Source of the DNA: Synechococcus sp. UW140
GTDB lineage: Bacteria > Pseudomonadota > Gammaproteobacteria > Burkholderiales > Burkholderiaceae_C
DNA: 64,000 nucleotides
Assembly: GCA_943368755.1 (NCBI GenBank)
Contig: CALRLO020000010.1
Location: forward strand, 420-64,419
Direction: 5' to 3'
Of the stretch, positions 54,422-64,000 are shown piece by piece. Position numbers and translations under genes: made by a program. The first letter of the stretch is position 1, and every line of letters starts with the position of its first letter. The notes beneath the pieces were generated by a model that did not search any database, was not told where the DNA came from, and saw only the letters and a program-made list of their open reading frames with translations.

Positions 54422-54515
54422 CCCAGGCGAAAGGCGACCTGCCGCGGGGTCGCCCCAAGGCAGGTCAGCCCCCTCGGGGGGCAGCGACCCACACGCAGTG
54501 TGGGAGCGTGGGGGC
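54422..54515. repeat. Intergenic multi-hairpin element (REP-like)
   Basis: gacctgcc..ggcaggtc, gccccc-tc-ggggggc and cccacac-gca-gtgtggg stems between convergent genes. Confidence 0.65.
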
Positions 54516-54884
54516 TCAGTTGCTCCGGAACATGAAGTAGACGGCACCGACCATGCACAGGCCGGCCCACAGGTAGTCGAGCTTGAGCGGCTCCTTCAGG
54601 TAGAACACCGCAAATGGCACGAACACGCTCAGCGTGATCACTTCCTGCATGATCTTGAGCTGGGCCACGCTGAACTGCGTGTGACCGATGCGGTTGGCCG
54701 GCACCTGCAACAGGTACTCGAACAGGGCAATGCCCCAGCTCACCAGGGCGGCCACCAGCCACGGCGACGTGGCGTGGCTGCGCAGGTGGCCGTACCACGC
54801 GAAGGTCATGAAGACGTTCGACGCGATCAGCAGCGCGATGGTCTGAACCGGGACGGGCAACTGGGTCAGGAAGGACAGTGACAT
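54516..54884 (-). CDS. DMT family small membrane protein (DUF486-like)
   Basis: SNVFMTFAWYGHL, SWGIALFEYLLQVPANRIG, LKIMQEVITL. Confidence 0.88.
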   Translation of the reverse strand: MSLSFLTQLPVPVQTIALLIASNVFMTFAWYGHLRSHATSPWLVAALVSWGIALFEYLLQVPANRIGHTQFSVAQLKIMQEVITLSVFVPFAVFYLKEPLKLDYLWAGLCMVGAVYFMFRSN

Positions 54885-54902
54885 GAAACGTCTTTCAGGG
54901 TT

Positions 54903-55859
54903 TCACCACCACGACAAGGCCAACATCACGGCGCTGAGTGTCAACAGCGCGAGGGCGGTGGACACCCCCACGCTGGCGGTGACCAGGTCCTGAGCCACCT
55001 CGTAGCGCTGCGAGAACAGAAACACGTTGGCGCCGATGGGCAAAGCGGCAACCACCACCATCACCGTGAGCGCCAGGCCCTGCACGCCCATCAGCCAGCC
55101 GCTGGCAAACACCAGCACCGGCAGCACCAGGTTCTTGACCAGACCAATCAGCACCGCCTCACGCAGCAAGCCACCCACCGGGGTGCGCGACATGGTCACG
55201 CCCACAAGCACCAGAGCGATGGGCCCGAAGGCGCTGCCCAGCAGTTGCAGCGGCTTGTCCACCACCACGGGCAACGGAATGCCGAACTGCGCGTAGAGCA
55301 GTCCGCAAATGATGGGCAGTGGAATCGGGTGGATCAGCGCGCTCTTCAGCGCCGCACCTGCCGTGTGCAGCAGGGGGCGGGGCTGGCCGCCGGTGGCACG
55401 CAGCTCCCGGGCCACAGCCAGCTCGAACACCACCGTCGCACCGGTCAGCAAGATGAGCGCATGTACCGACACCAGTGTCAGCAGCGTGACCAGCCCGCTT
55501 TTGCCATAGGCCAGCTCGATCAGCGCGATGCCCAGCATCACCATGTTGGAAAACACCGTGGCCAGCGCAACGGCCACGCCACGGCGGTTCAGCCCTTGGT
55601 GCCAGACCACGAAAAAAAACAGCAGCCAGACCGCAGCAAAGTAGGCCAGAAGAACCTTGCCGTCCAGATCCTGGAAACGCACCGCGCTCATGGTGCGGAA
55701 CAGCAGCGCCGGAATCAGCAGCAGGAACACAAGGTTGGACAGGTCCTTGACCGCTGCCTCGCGTATCCACTGCAGGCGACCGGCCAGGTACCCCAGGCCG
55801 ATGAGCAGGAAAACGGGGGCAAGGGCCTGAAAGACGGAGTGGCTGGCGGAGGCGTTCAC
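54903..55859 (-). CDS. AEC (auxin efflux carrier) family transporter
   Basis: PVFLLIGLGY, LLIPALLF, FSNMVMLG, P.ALVLVG, LPIGANVF; GTG start inferred from a TAACAT box 7 nt upstream. Confidence 0.85.
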   Translation of the reverse strand: MNASASHSVFQALAPVFLLIGLGYLAGRLQWIREAAVKDLSNLVFLLLIPALLFRTMSAVRFQDLDGKVLLAYFAAVWLLFFFVVWHQGLNRRGVAVALATVFSNMVMLGIALIELAYGKSGLVTLLTLVSVHALILLTGATVVFELAVARELRATGGQPRPLLHTAGAALKSALIHPIPLPIICGLLYAQFGIPLPVVVDKPLQLLGSAFGPIALVLVGVTMSRTPVGGLLREAVLIGLVKNLVLPVLVFASGWLMGVQGLALTVMVVVAALPIGANVFLFSQRYEVAQDLVTASVGVSTALALLTLSAVMLALSWW

Positions 55860-55926
55860 GGCGGCGATGTTACTTCGCGCGCGACAGCACCCGAGGCGGC
55901 GGCCCGTGACACGGTGCGTTCTGGGT

Positions 55927-55947
55927 TGGGTTATAGTTAATAACCCA
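55927..55947. promoter_or_regulatory. Candidate TetR operator
   Basis: TGGGTTAT-agtta-ATAACCCA dyad overlapping a TATAGT -10 candidate, 14 nt before the tetR ATG. Confidence 0.6.
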
Positions 55948-55961
55948 TCGGTCAGTAACAA

Positions 55962-56642
55962 ATGCCCCGTACACCCTCTCCCCCTTCTGCCACCGAGGCC
56001 GAACCTCGTGGCAAGCGCGAGCGGCGCAAGGAAGCCCGCCCTGGCGAGCTGCTGGACGCCGCGCTGGAGCTGTTCGTCGAGAAAGGGTTCGCCGCTACCC
56101 GAGTGGAGGAGGTCGCAGCCCGGGCCGGCGTATCCAAGGGAACGCTGTTCCTGTACTTCCCCAGCAAGGAAGACCTGTTCAAGGCGGTGGTGCGCGAAAG
56201 CATCACCGGGCGGTTCACCGAGTGGACCGACATGCTTCAGCACTACGAGGGCAGCACCGAGGAGCTGGTCCGCGAATGCCTGCGCCAGTGGTGGGAACGC
56301 ATAGGCAACACCCGCGCTTCCGGCATCACCAAGCTGGTCATGAGCGAGGCCGGCATGTTCCCCGAGATCGCCGACTTCTACCAGCGCGAAGTGATCGAAC
56401 CCGGCAATCAGCTGATTGGCCGCATCCTCACGCGTGGCGTGGCGCGTGGCGAGTTCCGTCCCATGGACATCGACCACGCCATCCTGGGTCTGGTCGCACC
56501 GCTCATCTTCATGGTGATGTGGAAACACTCCCTGGCGCCCTGCAGCGCCGGCCTGCCCCACATCGACCCAGAGACCTTCCTCAACCAACAGGCCGACCTG
56601 CTGCTTCACGGCCTGCTCGTGCGCCCCGGAGAAACCCGATGA
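55962..56642 (+). CDS. TetR/AcrR family regulator
   Basis: [44 protein letters not shown]. Confidence 0.93.
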   Translation: MPRTPSPPSATEAEPRGKRERRKEARPGELLDAALELFVEKGFAATRVEEVAARAGVSKGTLFLYFPSKEDLFKAVVRESITGRFTEWTDMLQHYEGSTEELVRECLRQWWERIGNTRASGITKLVMSEAGMFPEIADFYQREVIEPGNQLIGRILTRGVARGEFRPMDIDHAILGLVAPLIFMVMWKHSLAPCSAGLPHIDPETFLNQQADLLLHGLLVRPGETR

Positions 56643-57775
56643 CCACACCCCGATGGCTGCGCTGGACCCTGCTGGCGCTACTGGTTCTGGGCCTTGCCTG
56701 GGGCGTGGGTCGCGCCCTGCAGGCGCGCAAGGCCCAGCAGGCAAACGCCTCCAGCGCCGCCGAACGCATGGCCACCCCTCCGGTGTACGAACTGCCGGCC
56801 GCCGACACGCTGGTCATTGCCCCGGTGACACTGGTGCAGGACATCGAGATCTCGGGCACCGTGAAAGCCCAGCGCAGTGCGGTCGTCAAGGCTCGCGCGC
56901 CCGGTGAGCTGCGCAACCTCACGGTGCGCGAAGGCGACCGCGTGCGCGCGGGCGACCTGCTCGCCCGCATCGACAACAGCGACGCCACCGCCCGCGTGCG
57001 ACAGGCCGAACAGCAGGCGCAGGCCGCGCAGGCCCAGGTGGCCATTGCGCAGCGGCAGTTCGACAACAACCAGGCGCTGGTCAACCAGGGGTTCATCTCG
57101 CGCACCGCACTGGACACCTCCCAGGCCAACCTCGACGCCAGCAAAGCCAACCACAGCGCGGCGCTGGCGGCACTGGACATCGCCCGCAAAGGCCAGGCCG
57201 ACACCGAGGTGCGTGCACCCATCCCCGGTCAGGTGGCGGCTCGCGCCGCACAGAACGGCGAGCGCGTGGCGCTGGATGCCCGCATCCTGGACATCGTGGA
57301 CCTGGGAGCACTGGAAGTGGAGGCTGCACTCACGCCCGCACAGGCGCTCGCGGTGCGCGAGGGCCAGCGCGCCGAACTGCGCATCGAAGGCACCGAGCTC
57401 AAGGTCGACGCCAAGGTCGCCCGCATCAACCCCGCAGCCCAACCCGGCAGCCGCAGCGTGCTGGTCTACCTGCAGGTGGCCGACACGGCGGGCCTGCGCC
57501 AGGGCCTGTTCGCGCAGGGCCGTCTGCTGGTGGGCGAGCGCCAGACGCTGGCCGTGCCACTGAGCGCGGTGCGCCAGGACAAACCCCAGCCCTACGTGCA
57601 GGTGCTGCGCGATGGCAAGGTGATCCACCAGACCGTCACCACCGGTGCCCGCGGCGTGGTGCAGGGCGAGGAGTGGGTGGTGGCCGAGCCCCTGCCCGCC
57701 GATGCCCGCGTGCTGCGCGCCAACGCGGGACTGCTGCGTGAGGGCACGGCCATCGCACTCAAGAACAACCCCTGA
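56639..57775 (+). CDS. RND efflux periplasmic adaptor (MFP)
   Basis: N-terminal [30 protein letters not shown]; ATGA overlap with tetR. Confidence 0.9.
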   Translation: MTTPRWLRWTLLALLVLGLAWGVGRALQARKAQQANASSAAERMATPPVYELPAADTLVIAPVTLVQDIEISGTVKAQRSAVVKARAPGELRNLTVREGDRVRAGDLLARIDNSDATARVRQAEQQAQAAQAQVAIAQRQFDNNQALVNQGFISRTALDTSQANLDASKANHSAALAALDIARKGQADTEVRAPIPGQVAARAAQNGERVALDARILDIVDLGALEVEAALTPAQALAVREGQRAELRIEGTELKVDAKVARINPAAQPGSRSVLVYLQVADTAGLRQGLFAQGRLLVGERQTLAVPLSAVRQDKPQPYVQVLRDGKVIHQTVTTGARGVVQGEEWVVAEPLPADARVLRANAGLLREGTAIALKNNP

Positions 57776-57795
57776 CACAGCAGGCCTGACACACC

Positions 57796-60700
57796 ATGTG
57801 GTTCACCCAGGTTTCGCTGCGCAACCCGGTCTTCGCGACCATGGTCATGCTGGCCTTCGTGGTGCTGGGGCTGTTCTCGTACCAGCGCCTGCAGGTTGAC
57901 CAGTTCCCCAACATCGACTTCCCCGTGGTGGTGGTCACCACCGAGTACCCCGGCGCCTCGCCTGAGATCGTCGAATCCGAAGTCACCAAGAAGGTGGAGG
58001 AAGCGGTCAATGCGATTGCCGGCATCAACGCGCTGACCTCGCGCAGCTACGAGAACCAGTCGGTGGTCATCATCGAGTTCCAGCTGCACATCGACGGCCG
58101 CAAGGCCGCGGAGGACGTGCGCGAGAAGATCGCCATCCTCAAGCCCGCGCTGCGCGACGAAGTGAAGGAGCCGCGCGTGCTGCGCTTCGACCCCGCCAGC
58201 CGCGCGATCTGGTCGGTGGCTGTGCTGCCCGAGACGGCCGGAGCGCCGGGCACCAGCCCCGTGGAGCTGACGAACTGGTCTGAACAGACGCTGAAGAAGC
58301 GGCTGGAAAATGTGCGCGGCGTCGGCTCCGTCACGCTGGTGGGCGGCGCGCGCCGCACCGTCCGCGTCGAGCCGCTGCCCCAGGCCATGGAATCGCTGGG
58401 CGTCAGCGCCGACCAGATCGTGGCCGCCGTGCGCAGCGAGAACCAGGACCTGCCGGCCGGTTCGCTGCGCTCGCCCGAACAGGAACGTGTGTTGCAGGTG
58501 CTCTCGCGCATGCAGCGGCCGGAAGACTTCGAACAGATCATCGTGGCGCGGCGCAATGGCCAGCCTGTGCGCCTGGGGCAGGTGGCCCGCGTGGTGGACG
58601 GCGCGCAGGAGCTCGAGAGCCTGGCGCTATACAACGGCCAGCGCACCCTGCTGCTGCAGGTACAGAAGTCGCAGGACGAAAACACCATCGCCGTCATCGA
58701 TGGGCTGAACGCCGCCCTCACGGAGCTGCGCGGCCAGTTGCCTGCCGGCGTGCGGCTGGAGCCGATCGCCGACGCTTCGCGGCCGATACGCGTGGCAGTG
58801 GACAACGTGCGGCGCACACTGATCGAAGGCGCTGTGCTCACGGTGCTGATCGTGTTCCTGTTCCTGAACTCGTGGCGCTCCACGGTCATCACCGGTCTGA
58901 CCCTGCCCATCGCGCTGATTGGCACCTTCCTGTTCATGCACTGGTTCGGTTTCACCATCAACATGATCACGCTGATGGCGCTGAGCCTGTGTGTGGGCCT
59001 GCTGATTGATGACGCGATCGTGGTACGCGAAAACATCGTGCGCCACGTGCAGATGGGCAAGACGCCCTACCAGGCTGCTCTGGAGGGAACGCAGGAAATC
59101 GGTCTGGCCGTGCTGGCCACCACGCTGTCCATCGTGGCGGTGTTCCTGCCCATCGGTTTCATGGAAGGCATCATCGGCAAGTTCTTCCACGAGTTCGGCA
59201 TCACCATCGTGGCAGCGGTGCTGATCTCCATGTTCGTGAGCTTCACGCTGGACCCGATGCTCTCCAGCATCTGGCACGACCCCGAGATCGACCGCCACGG
59301 CCAACCGTTCAAGCCGGTCACCCTCTACGACAAGACCCTGGGCCGCGTGACCCACTGGTTCGACCGCATGCAGGACGAGCTGGCCGAAGGCTACCAGTCG
59401 GTGCTGCGCTGGTCGCTCAAACACAAGCTGGCGACACTGGCGCTGGCCTTTGCCACCTTCGTGACCAGTATCGTGATGGTGCCGCTGCTGGGCACCGAGT
59501 TCGTGCCCAAGGCCGACTTCTCCGAAACCTCCATCAGCTTCTACACGCCCGTGGGCTCGTCGCTGGAGACCACCGAGGCGCGCACGCGCCAGGTCGAGAC
59601 CATCGTGCGCGAGTTCCCCGAGGTGCGCTACACGCTGTCCACCATCAACACCGGCTCTGCGCAGGGCAAGATGTACGCCAACGTCTACGTGCGCCTGGTC
59701 GATCGCAAGGACCGCACGCTCAACGTGGACCAAATGTCGGCCCGGCTGCGCGAACGCCTGCGCCGCGTGGCCGGCATCACCGTCACCCACGTGGGCCTGC
59801 TGGACCCGGTGGGCGGGCAAAAGCAGGTGGAGTTCTCGCTGCAGGGCAGCGACCTCGACGAACTCGAACGCCTGACCCAGCAGGTGATGGAACGCCTGCG
59901 CACCATCCCGGGCCTGGTGGACCTGGATGCCAGCGTCAAGCCCAACAAGCCCACGGTGGACGTGGTGCTGCGCCGCGACCTCGCCTCCGACCTGGGCCTG
60001 AACACGGCCCAGGTGGCCAGCACCCTGCGCACCCTGGTGGCCGGGCAGACCGTGGGCAACTGGCGCGCGGCCGACGACCAGACCTACGACGTGGAGGTGC
60101 GCCTGCCGCTGGCCGCCCGCGAACGCCTGGCCGACCTTCAGAACCTGCCCCTGGTCGTGGGCACCCTGGCGGATGGCAGCGCCCGCGTGGTGCGCCTGGG
60201 CCAGGTGGCCGAGGTGCTGCCCTCCACCGGCGCCAACCAGATCAACCGCCGCGCCCTCACGCGCGAGGTCAGCCTCAACGCCAACGTCTACGCCCGCTCG
60301 GTGGGCGAGGTCTCGGCCGACATCCGGCAGGTGCTCGACGGCGTGAACCTGCCACCGGGCTACCGCTACCAGTTCAGCGGCTCGACCAAGAACATGCAGG
60401 AGTCGTTCGGCTACGCGCTGTCGGCGCTGGCGCTGGGCGTGATCTTCATCTACATGATCCTGGCCAGCCAGTTCAAGAGTTTCCTGCAGCCGCTCGCGCT
60501 CATGAGCTCCTTGCCGCTGACGCTCATCGGCGTGGTGCTGGCGCTGCTCATGTTCCGCTCCAGCCTGTCGATGTTCTCCATCATCGGCGTGGTGATGCTG
60601 ATGGGCCTGGTCACCAAGAACGCCATCCTGCTGGTGGACTTCGCGATCCGGGCACGCGCCGGCACGCCCGACATGCCGGCCATGGGCCGCGAAGACGCCC

Positions 60701-61008
60701 TGCTGCTCGCAGCCAAGGTGCGGCTGCGCCCCATCCTCATGACCACACTCGCCATGGTGTTCGGCATGGTGCCGCTGGCCTTTGCGCTCACCGAAGGTTC
60801 CGAGCAGCGCGCCCCCATGGGCCAGGCGGTGATCGGTGGGGTCATCACCTCCTCGCTGCTCACGCTGGTGGTGGTGCCCGTCATCTACTGCTACATGGAC
60901 GACCTGGCCCGCTGGCTGCGGCGCCTGGCCGGGCTTCACGAAGCGGAAACACCCCTTCAGTACAATGAGGCAACCCCCGATCACATACCCCATGGAGTAC
61001 CAAAATGA
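57796..61008 (+). CDS. RND efflux permease (AcrB/HAE1-like)
   Basis: [41 protein letters not shown] (proton-relay residues intact). Confidence 0.95.
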   Translation: MWFTQVSLRNPVFATMVMLAFVVLGLFSYQRLQVDQFPNIDFPVVVVTTEYPGASPEIVESEVTKKVEEAVNAIAGINALTSRSYENQSVVIIEFQLHIDGRKAAEDVREKIAILKPALRDEVKEPRVLRFDPASRAIWSVAVLPETAGAPGTSPVELTNWSEQTLKKRLENVRGVGSVTLVGGARRTVRVEPLPQAMESLGVSADQIVAAVRSENQDLPAGSLRSPEQERVLQVLSRMQRPEDFEQIIVARRNGQPVRLGQVARVVDGAQELESLALYNGQRTLLLQVQKSQDENTIAVIDGLNAALTELRGQLPAGVRLEPIADASRPIRVAVDNVRRTLIEGAVLTVLIVFLFLNSWRSTVITGLTLPIALIGTFLFMHWFGFTINMITLMALSLCVGLLIDDAIVVRENIVRHVQMGKTPYQAALEGTQEIGLAVLATTLSIVAVFLPIGFMEGIIGKFFHEFGITIVAAVLISMFVSFTLDPMLSSIWHDPEIDRHGQPFKPVTLYDKTLGRVTHWFDRMQDELAEGYQSVLRWSLKHKLATLALAFATFVTSIVMVPLLGTEFVPKADFSETSISFYTPVGSSLETTEARTRQVETIVREFPEVRYTLSTINTGSAQGKMYANVYVRLVDRKDRTLNVDQMSARLRERLRRVAGITVTHVGLLDPVGGQKQVEFSLQGSDLDELERLTQQVMERLRTIPGLVDLDASVKPNKPTVDVVLRRDLASDLGLNTAQVASTLRTLVAGQTVGNWRAADDQTYDVEVRLPLAARERLADLQNLPLVVGTLADGSARVVRLGQVAEVLPSTGANQINRRALTREVSLNANVYARSVGEVSADIRQVLDGVNLPPGYRYQFSGSTKNMQESFGYALSALALGVIFIYMILASQFKSFLQPLALMSSLPLTLIGVVLALLMFRSSLSMFSIIGVVMLMGLVTKNAILLVDFAIRARAGTPDMPAMGREDALLLAAKVRLRPILMTTLAMVFGMVPLAFALTEGSEQRAPMGQAVIGGVITSSLLTLVVVPVIYCYMDDLARWLRRLAGLHEAETPLQYNEATPDHIPHGVPK

Positions 61009-61697
61009 GTACCGTCGCCTTTGATGTGGCCCAGGCCCGCTTCAACATGATCGAGCAGCAGATCCGCCCCTGGGAGGTGCTGGACACCCGCATCCTGGCT
61101 CTGCTGGGCGAGGTCCGCCGCGAAGATTTCGTGCCCGCCGCCCACCGTGCGCTGGCCTTCGCCGACCTGGAACTCCCCCTCTCCCAACCCCTGCGTGATG
61201 GCCAATGCATGCTGGCCCCGCGGGTCGAGGCCCGCATGGTGCAGGACCTGGCGCTGCAGCCCACCGACAAGGTGCTGGAAATCGGCACCGGCTCGGGCTA
61301 TGTGGCCGCGCTGCTGGGCCGCCTGGCGCGTGACGTGCTGAGCGTGGAGATTGACGCCACGCTGGCCGACACCGCCCGCGCCAATCTGCAGCGCGCTGGC
61401 GCCACCAACGTCCAGGTGCGCCAGGCCGACGCCGCCGCCGACCAGTTCGCGGTCTGCCGGGCAGCCGGCCCGTTCGACGCCATCGTGCTCAGCGGCTCGG
61501 TGGCCGAGGTCCCCGACGCCCTGCTGCAGCTGCTGGCGCCGGGCGGCCGCCTGATCGCCATCGTTGGCGACGAGCCCATGATGCGCGCCACGCTGGTCAC
61601 CCGCACCGGCCCGGCCAGCCTGCAGACCCAGCAGCCCTGGGACACCGTGGCACCGCGCCTGCTGAACTTCCCCGCGCCCTCGCGCTTCCATTTCTGA
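61005..61697 (+). CDS. pcm: Protein-L-isoaspartate O-methyltransferase family protein
   Basis: ARFNMIEQQIRPWEV, VLEIGTGSGY, FDAIVLSGS, GGRL. Confidence 0.88.
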   Translation: MSTVAFDVAQARFNMIEQQIRPWEVLDTRILALLGEVRREDFVPAAHRALAFADLELPLSQPLRDGQCMLAPRVEARMVQDLALQPTDKVLEIGTGSGYVAALLGRLARDVLSVEIDATLADTARANLQRAGATNVQVRQADAAADQFAVCRAAGPFDAIVLSGSVAEVPDALLQLLAPGGRLIAIVGDEPMMRATLVTRTGPASLQTQQPWDTVAPRLLNFPAPSRFHF

Positions 61698-61707
61698 AGC
61701 CCCGCCC

Positions 61708-62058
61708 ATGATCGCCGTCCGCCCTGCCCAACTGTCCGCCTGGCTGGCCCAGGCCACGGCCGAGGCCGGCAATGCCCAGCCGCCCATCGTGCTCGACGTG
61801 CGCGAAGCCTGGGAGCTTCAGACCGCCAGCGTCAAGGCCGACGGCTTCGAGCTGCTGCACCTGCCCATGGCAAGCATCCCGGCCCGTTTGGCCGAGATCC
61901 CGCGCGACCGCCCCGTGGCCTGCCTGTGCCACCACGGCGGGCGCAGCGCGCAGGTGACCCATTTCCTCATGAACCAGGGATACACCCGCGTCGCGAACAT
62001 CGCCGGCGGCATCCACGCCTGGTCGCAGGAAGTGGACACCAGCATCCCGGTCTACTGA
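61708..62058 (+). CDS. Single-domain rhodanese-like protein
   Basis: VLDVREAWE, CHHGGRS active loop, GGIHAWS...P.Y. Confidence 0.9.
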   Translation: MIAVRPAQLSAWLAQATAEAGNAQPPIVLDVREAWELQTASVKADGFELLHLPMASIPARLAEIPRDRPVACLCHHGGRSAQVTHFLMNQGYTRVANIAGGIHAWSQEVDTSIPVY

Positions 62059-62088
62059 TTCCCATCCCACTCAACCCTCAGGATTCCC

Positions 62089-63444
62089 ATGAAAGCTTCC
62101 GCTTCGCGTGCCGTCCACTCCCTGCCCCGCCTGCACCCCCTGCTGACGGCCTTGGCCGGAGTCACCGGGCTGCTCATGTCCGCGGGCGTGCAAGCACAGA
62201 GCCTGGGTGCGCTGTACGAGGCGGCACGCGGCTTTGATGCCACCTACCAGTCGGCCCGGTCGCAGTACGACGCCAACCTGGCCAAGGCCGAACAGGCACG
62301 TGCCGGGCTGCTGCCGCAGGCCGGCCTGTCGGCCGGTGCCAGCTGGGCCAACGTGGACAGCAGTGTGAGCGGCAATCGCAACACCGACAGCCAGAACATC
62401 GGTCTGACGGCGAGCCAGCCGCTGTACCGACCGGCCAACAGGGCCACCTTCGAGCAGGGCCAGCGCTCGCTGGTTGCGGCCGAAGCCCAGCTCGCCGCCG
62501 CCGAACAAGACCTGATCGTGCGCACCTCGCAGGCCTACTTCGACGTGCTGGGCGCCCAGGACACCCTGACCTTCGTGCAGGCCCAGAAAACCGCCGTGGC
62601 CGAGCAGTTGGCCGCCGCGCGCCGCAACTTCGAGGTCGGCACCGCCACCATCACCGACACGCGTGAAGCCCAGGCCCAGTTCGACCGCGTCGTGGCCCAG
62701 GAAATCGCCGCCGAGAACGACCTGCGCGTCAAGAAGCTCGCGCTCGATCAGCTGGTGGGCCGCGCCAACACCCAGCCCCAGCCACTGAGCGCGCCGGTCA
62801 ACCTCCCGCCGGTCGCACCGGACAACGTGCAGGCCTGGGTGGACGCCTCTCAGGCCTCCCACCCCAGCATCCGCCAGGCCGAGACCGCACTGGAGATCGC
62901 CCGACTGGAAACCCGCAAGGCCGAGGCTGGCAAGGGTCCCACCGTGGACCTCAACGCGGGCTACCAGGTGGCCCGCTCACCCAGCAGCACGCTGCCCATC
63001 AACGTGCGCACCAACACCGCCAGCATCGGCGTGGCCTTCAACCTGCCGCTTTACACCGGCGGCGCGGTGCAGAACCGCATCAAGGAAACCCTGGCACTCG
63101 AAGAGAAAGCCACCTCCGACCTCGAGGCCGCCAAACGCGGTGTGGCCCAGGCCACGCGCGCGGCCTACTTCGGCGTGGTCTCGGGCCTGGGCCAGGTCAA
63201 AGCCCTCGAAGCAGCAGAAATCTCCAGCCAGAGCGCGCTCGACGCCAACCGCCTGGGCTACCAGGTCGGCGTGCGCATCAACATCGATGTGCTCAACGCG
63301 CAGAGCCAGCTGTTCCAGACCAAACGCGACCTCGCCGTGGCACGCTACAACGTGCTGACCGGCACGCTGCGTCTGAAGCAGGCCAATGGTTCGTTGAAGG
63401 CTGAGGACATCGCCGCCATCGACCGGCTCACCAGCAGCCGCTGA
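62089..63444 (+). CDS. tolC: TolC family outer membrane channel
   Basis: Signal peptide, ARAGLLPQ, RNFEVGTATITD, PLYTGG, GYQVGVRINIDVLNAQ. Confidence 0.92.
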   Translation: MKASASRAVHSLPRLHPLLTALAGVTGLLMSAGVQAQSLGALYEAARGFDATYQSARSQYDANLAKAEQARAGLLPQAGLSAGASWANVDSSVSGNRNTDSQNIGLTASQPLYRPANRATFEQGQRSLVAAEAQLAAAEQDLIVRTSQAYFDVLGAQDTLTFVQAQKTAVAEQLAAARRNFEVGTATITDTREAQAQFDRVVAQEIAAENDLRVKKLALDQLVGRANTQPQPLSAPVNLPPVAPDNVQAWVDASQASHPSIRQAETALEIARLETRKAEAGKGPTVDLNAGYQVARSPSSTLPINVRTNTASIGVAFNLPLYTGGAVQNRIKETLALEEKATSDLEAAKRGVAQATRAAYFGVVSGLGQVKALEAAEISSQSALDANRLGYQVGVRINIDVLNAQSQLFQTKRDLAVARYNVLTGTLRLKQANGSLKAEDIAAIDRLTSSR

Positions 63445-63460
63445 CGCCCCCGGGGCGGGT

Positions 63461-64000
63461 TCAGGCCAGCAAGGCGCGTGTGGTGTGCTCCAGCGCACCG
63501 GCGCCCTGCTGGAGCAGTTCGACAGCGGCGCGGTGTGCGGCCTTCAGTGCCTCGGTATCGGCCGCCCAAGAGGTGGCAACGGCCACTCCCTCGGCCACAC
63601 CTCCAACCCGCCGAGCAGCCCCCAGCGCCACCGCGCGCTGCGCGGCCTCAGCAAAGTTGAATGTGTGTGGCCCCACGACCATGGGGCATCCACAGGCTGC
63701 TGCCTCGATCAGGTTCTGCCCGCCCAGCGGCGCGAAGCTGCCGCCCAGCAGACCCACATCAGCCAGTGCGTACCAGGCCACCATCTCGCCCAGCGAATCG
63801 CCCAGCCACACGTCGGCCAGGCCATCGGCCACTGAGGGACCCTGTTCCGACCAGGCCGAGCGTCGCACCACCCGCAGCCCGGCACCGCCCAGCAGTGAGG
63901 CCACCTCTTCGAAGCGCTGGGGGTGGCGGGGCACCACCACTGCCAGCGCCCCACGCGCCTGCGCACGCCAGGCGTCCAGCCAGAGGACTTCTTCGCCCTC
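63461..64000 (-). CDS. waaA: 3-deoxy-D-manno-octulosonic acid transferase, C-terminal part (5' end beyond the window)
   Basis: VVPRHPQRF, DSLGEM..WY..AD...GGSF...GGQNLIEAA..G.P...GPHTFNF. Confidence 0.93.
   Translation of the reverse strand, partial: EGEEVLWLDAWRAQARGALAVVVPRHPQRFEEVASLLGGAGLRVVRRSAWSEQGPSVADGLADVWLGDSLGEMVAWYALADVGLLGGSFAPLGGQNLIEAAACGCPMVVGPHTFNFAEAAQRAVALGAARRVGGVAEGVAVATSWAADTEALKAAHRAAVELLQQGAGALEHTTRALLA

Noticed and set aside
61708-62058. Rhodanese as partner of the sulfide dehydrogenase
   Set aside because: 60 kb apart, and its position between pcm and tolC is a common conserved arrangement

Overview
GC-rich betaproteobacterial chromosome segment. Gene order, the many Bug/TctC genes and the tmRNA tag ANDERFALAA point to Burkholderiales, probably Comamonadaceae (inference). 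Most of the window is core genome: rpsT, argD-argF, acnA, bktB, ssrA, gph-ubiG, ompA, gyrA-serC-pheA-tyrA-aroA/cmk-rpsA-ihfB-lapAB, rpsP-rimM-trmD-rplS, and a TetR-MFP-RND-pcm-rhodanese-tolC run followed by waaA. The accessory content is: a flavocytochrome c sulfide dehydrogenase pair; a tryptophan operon in which an AspC/TyrB-type aminotransferase sits where kynureninase normally does (kynB-aminotransferase-kynA, suggesting a kynurenate branch); an adjacent, visibly more AT-rich ~8.7 kb block (orphan membrane protein, LysR, three Bug proteins, RraA/HMG-aldolase, 2-hydroxyacid dehydrogenase, atypical cyclase-family hydrolase, lactonase) that looks like an uncharacterised catabolic pathway; and a trypsin-protease/MoxR/DUF58/VWA module directly behind acnA. 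Non-coding signals include a three-hairpin intergenic repeat with compensatory base changes between copies, a structured rpsP leader, a perfect 12-bp palindrome upstream of the DUF3579 gene, and repeated leaderless-type promoter/start arrangements. I found no integrase, transposase, CRISPR array, rRNA or tRNA. Start coordinates were refined by eye from the ORF track; family assignments come from motif recognition, not database searches.
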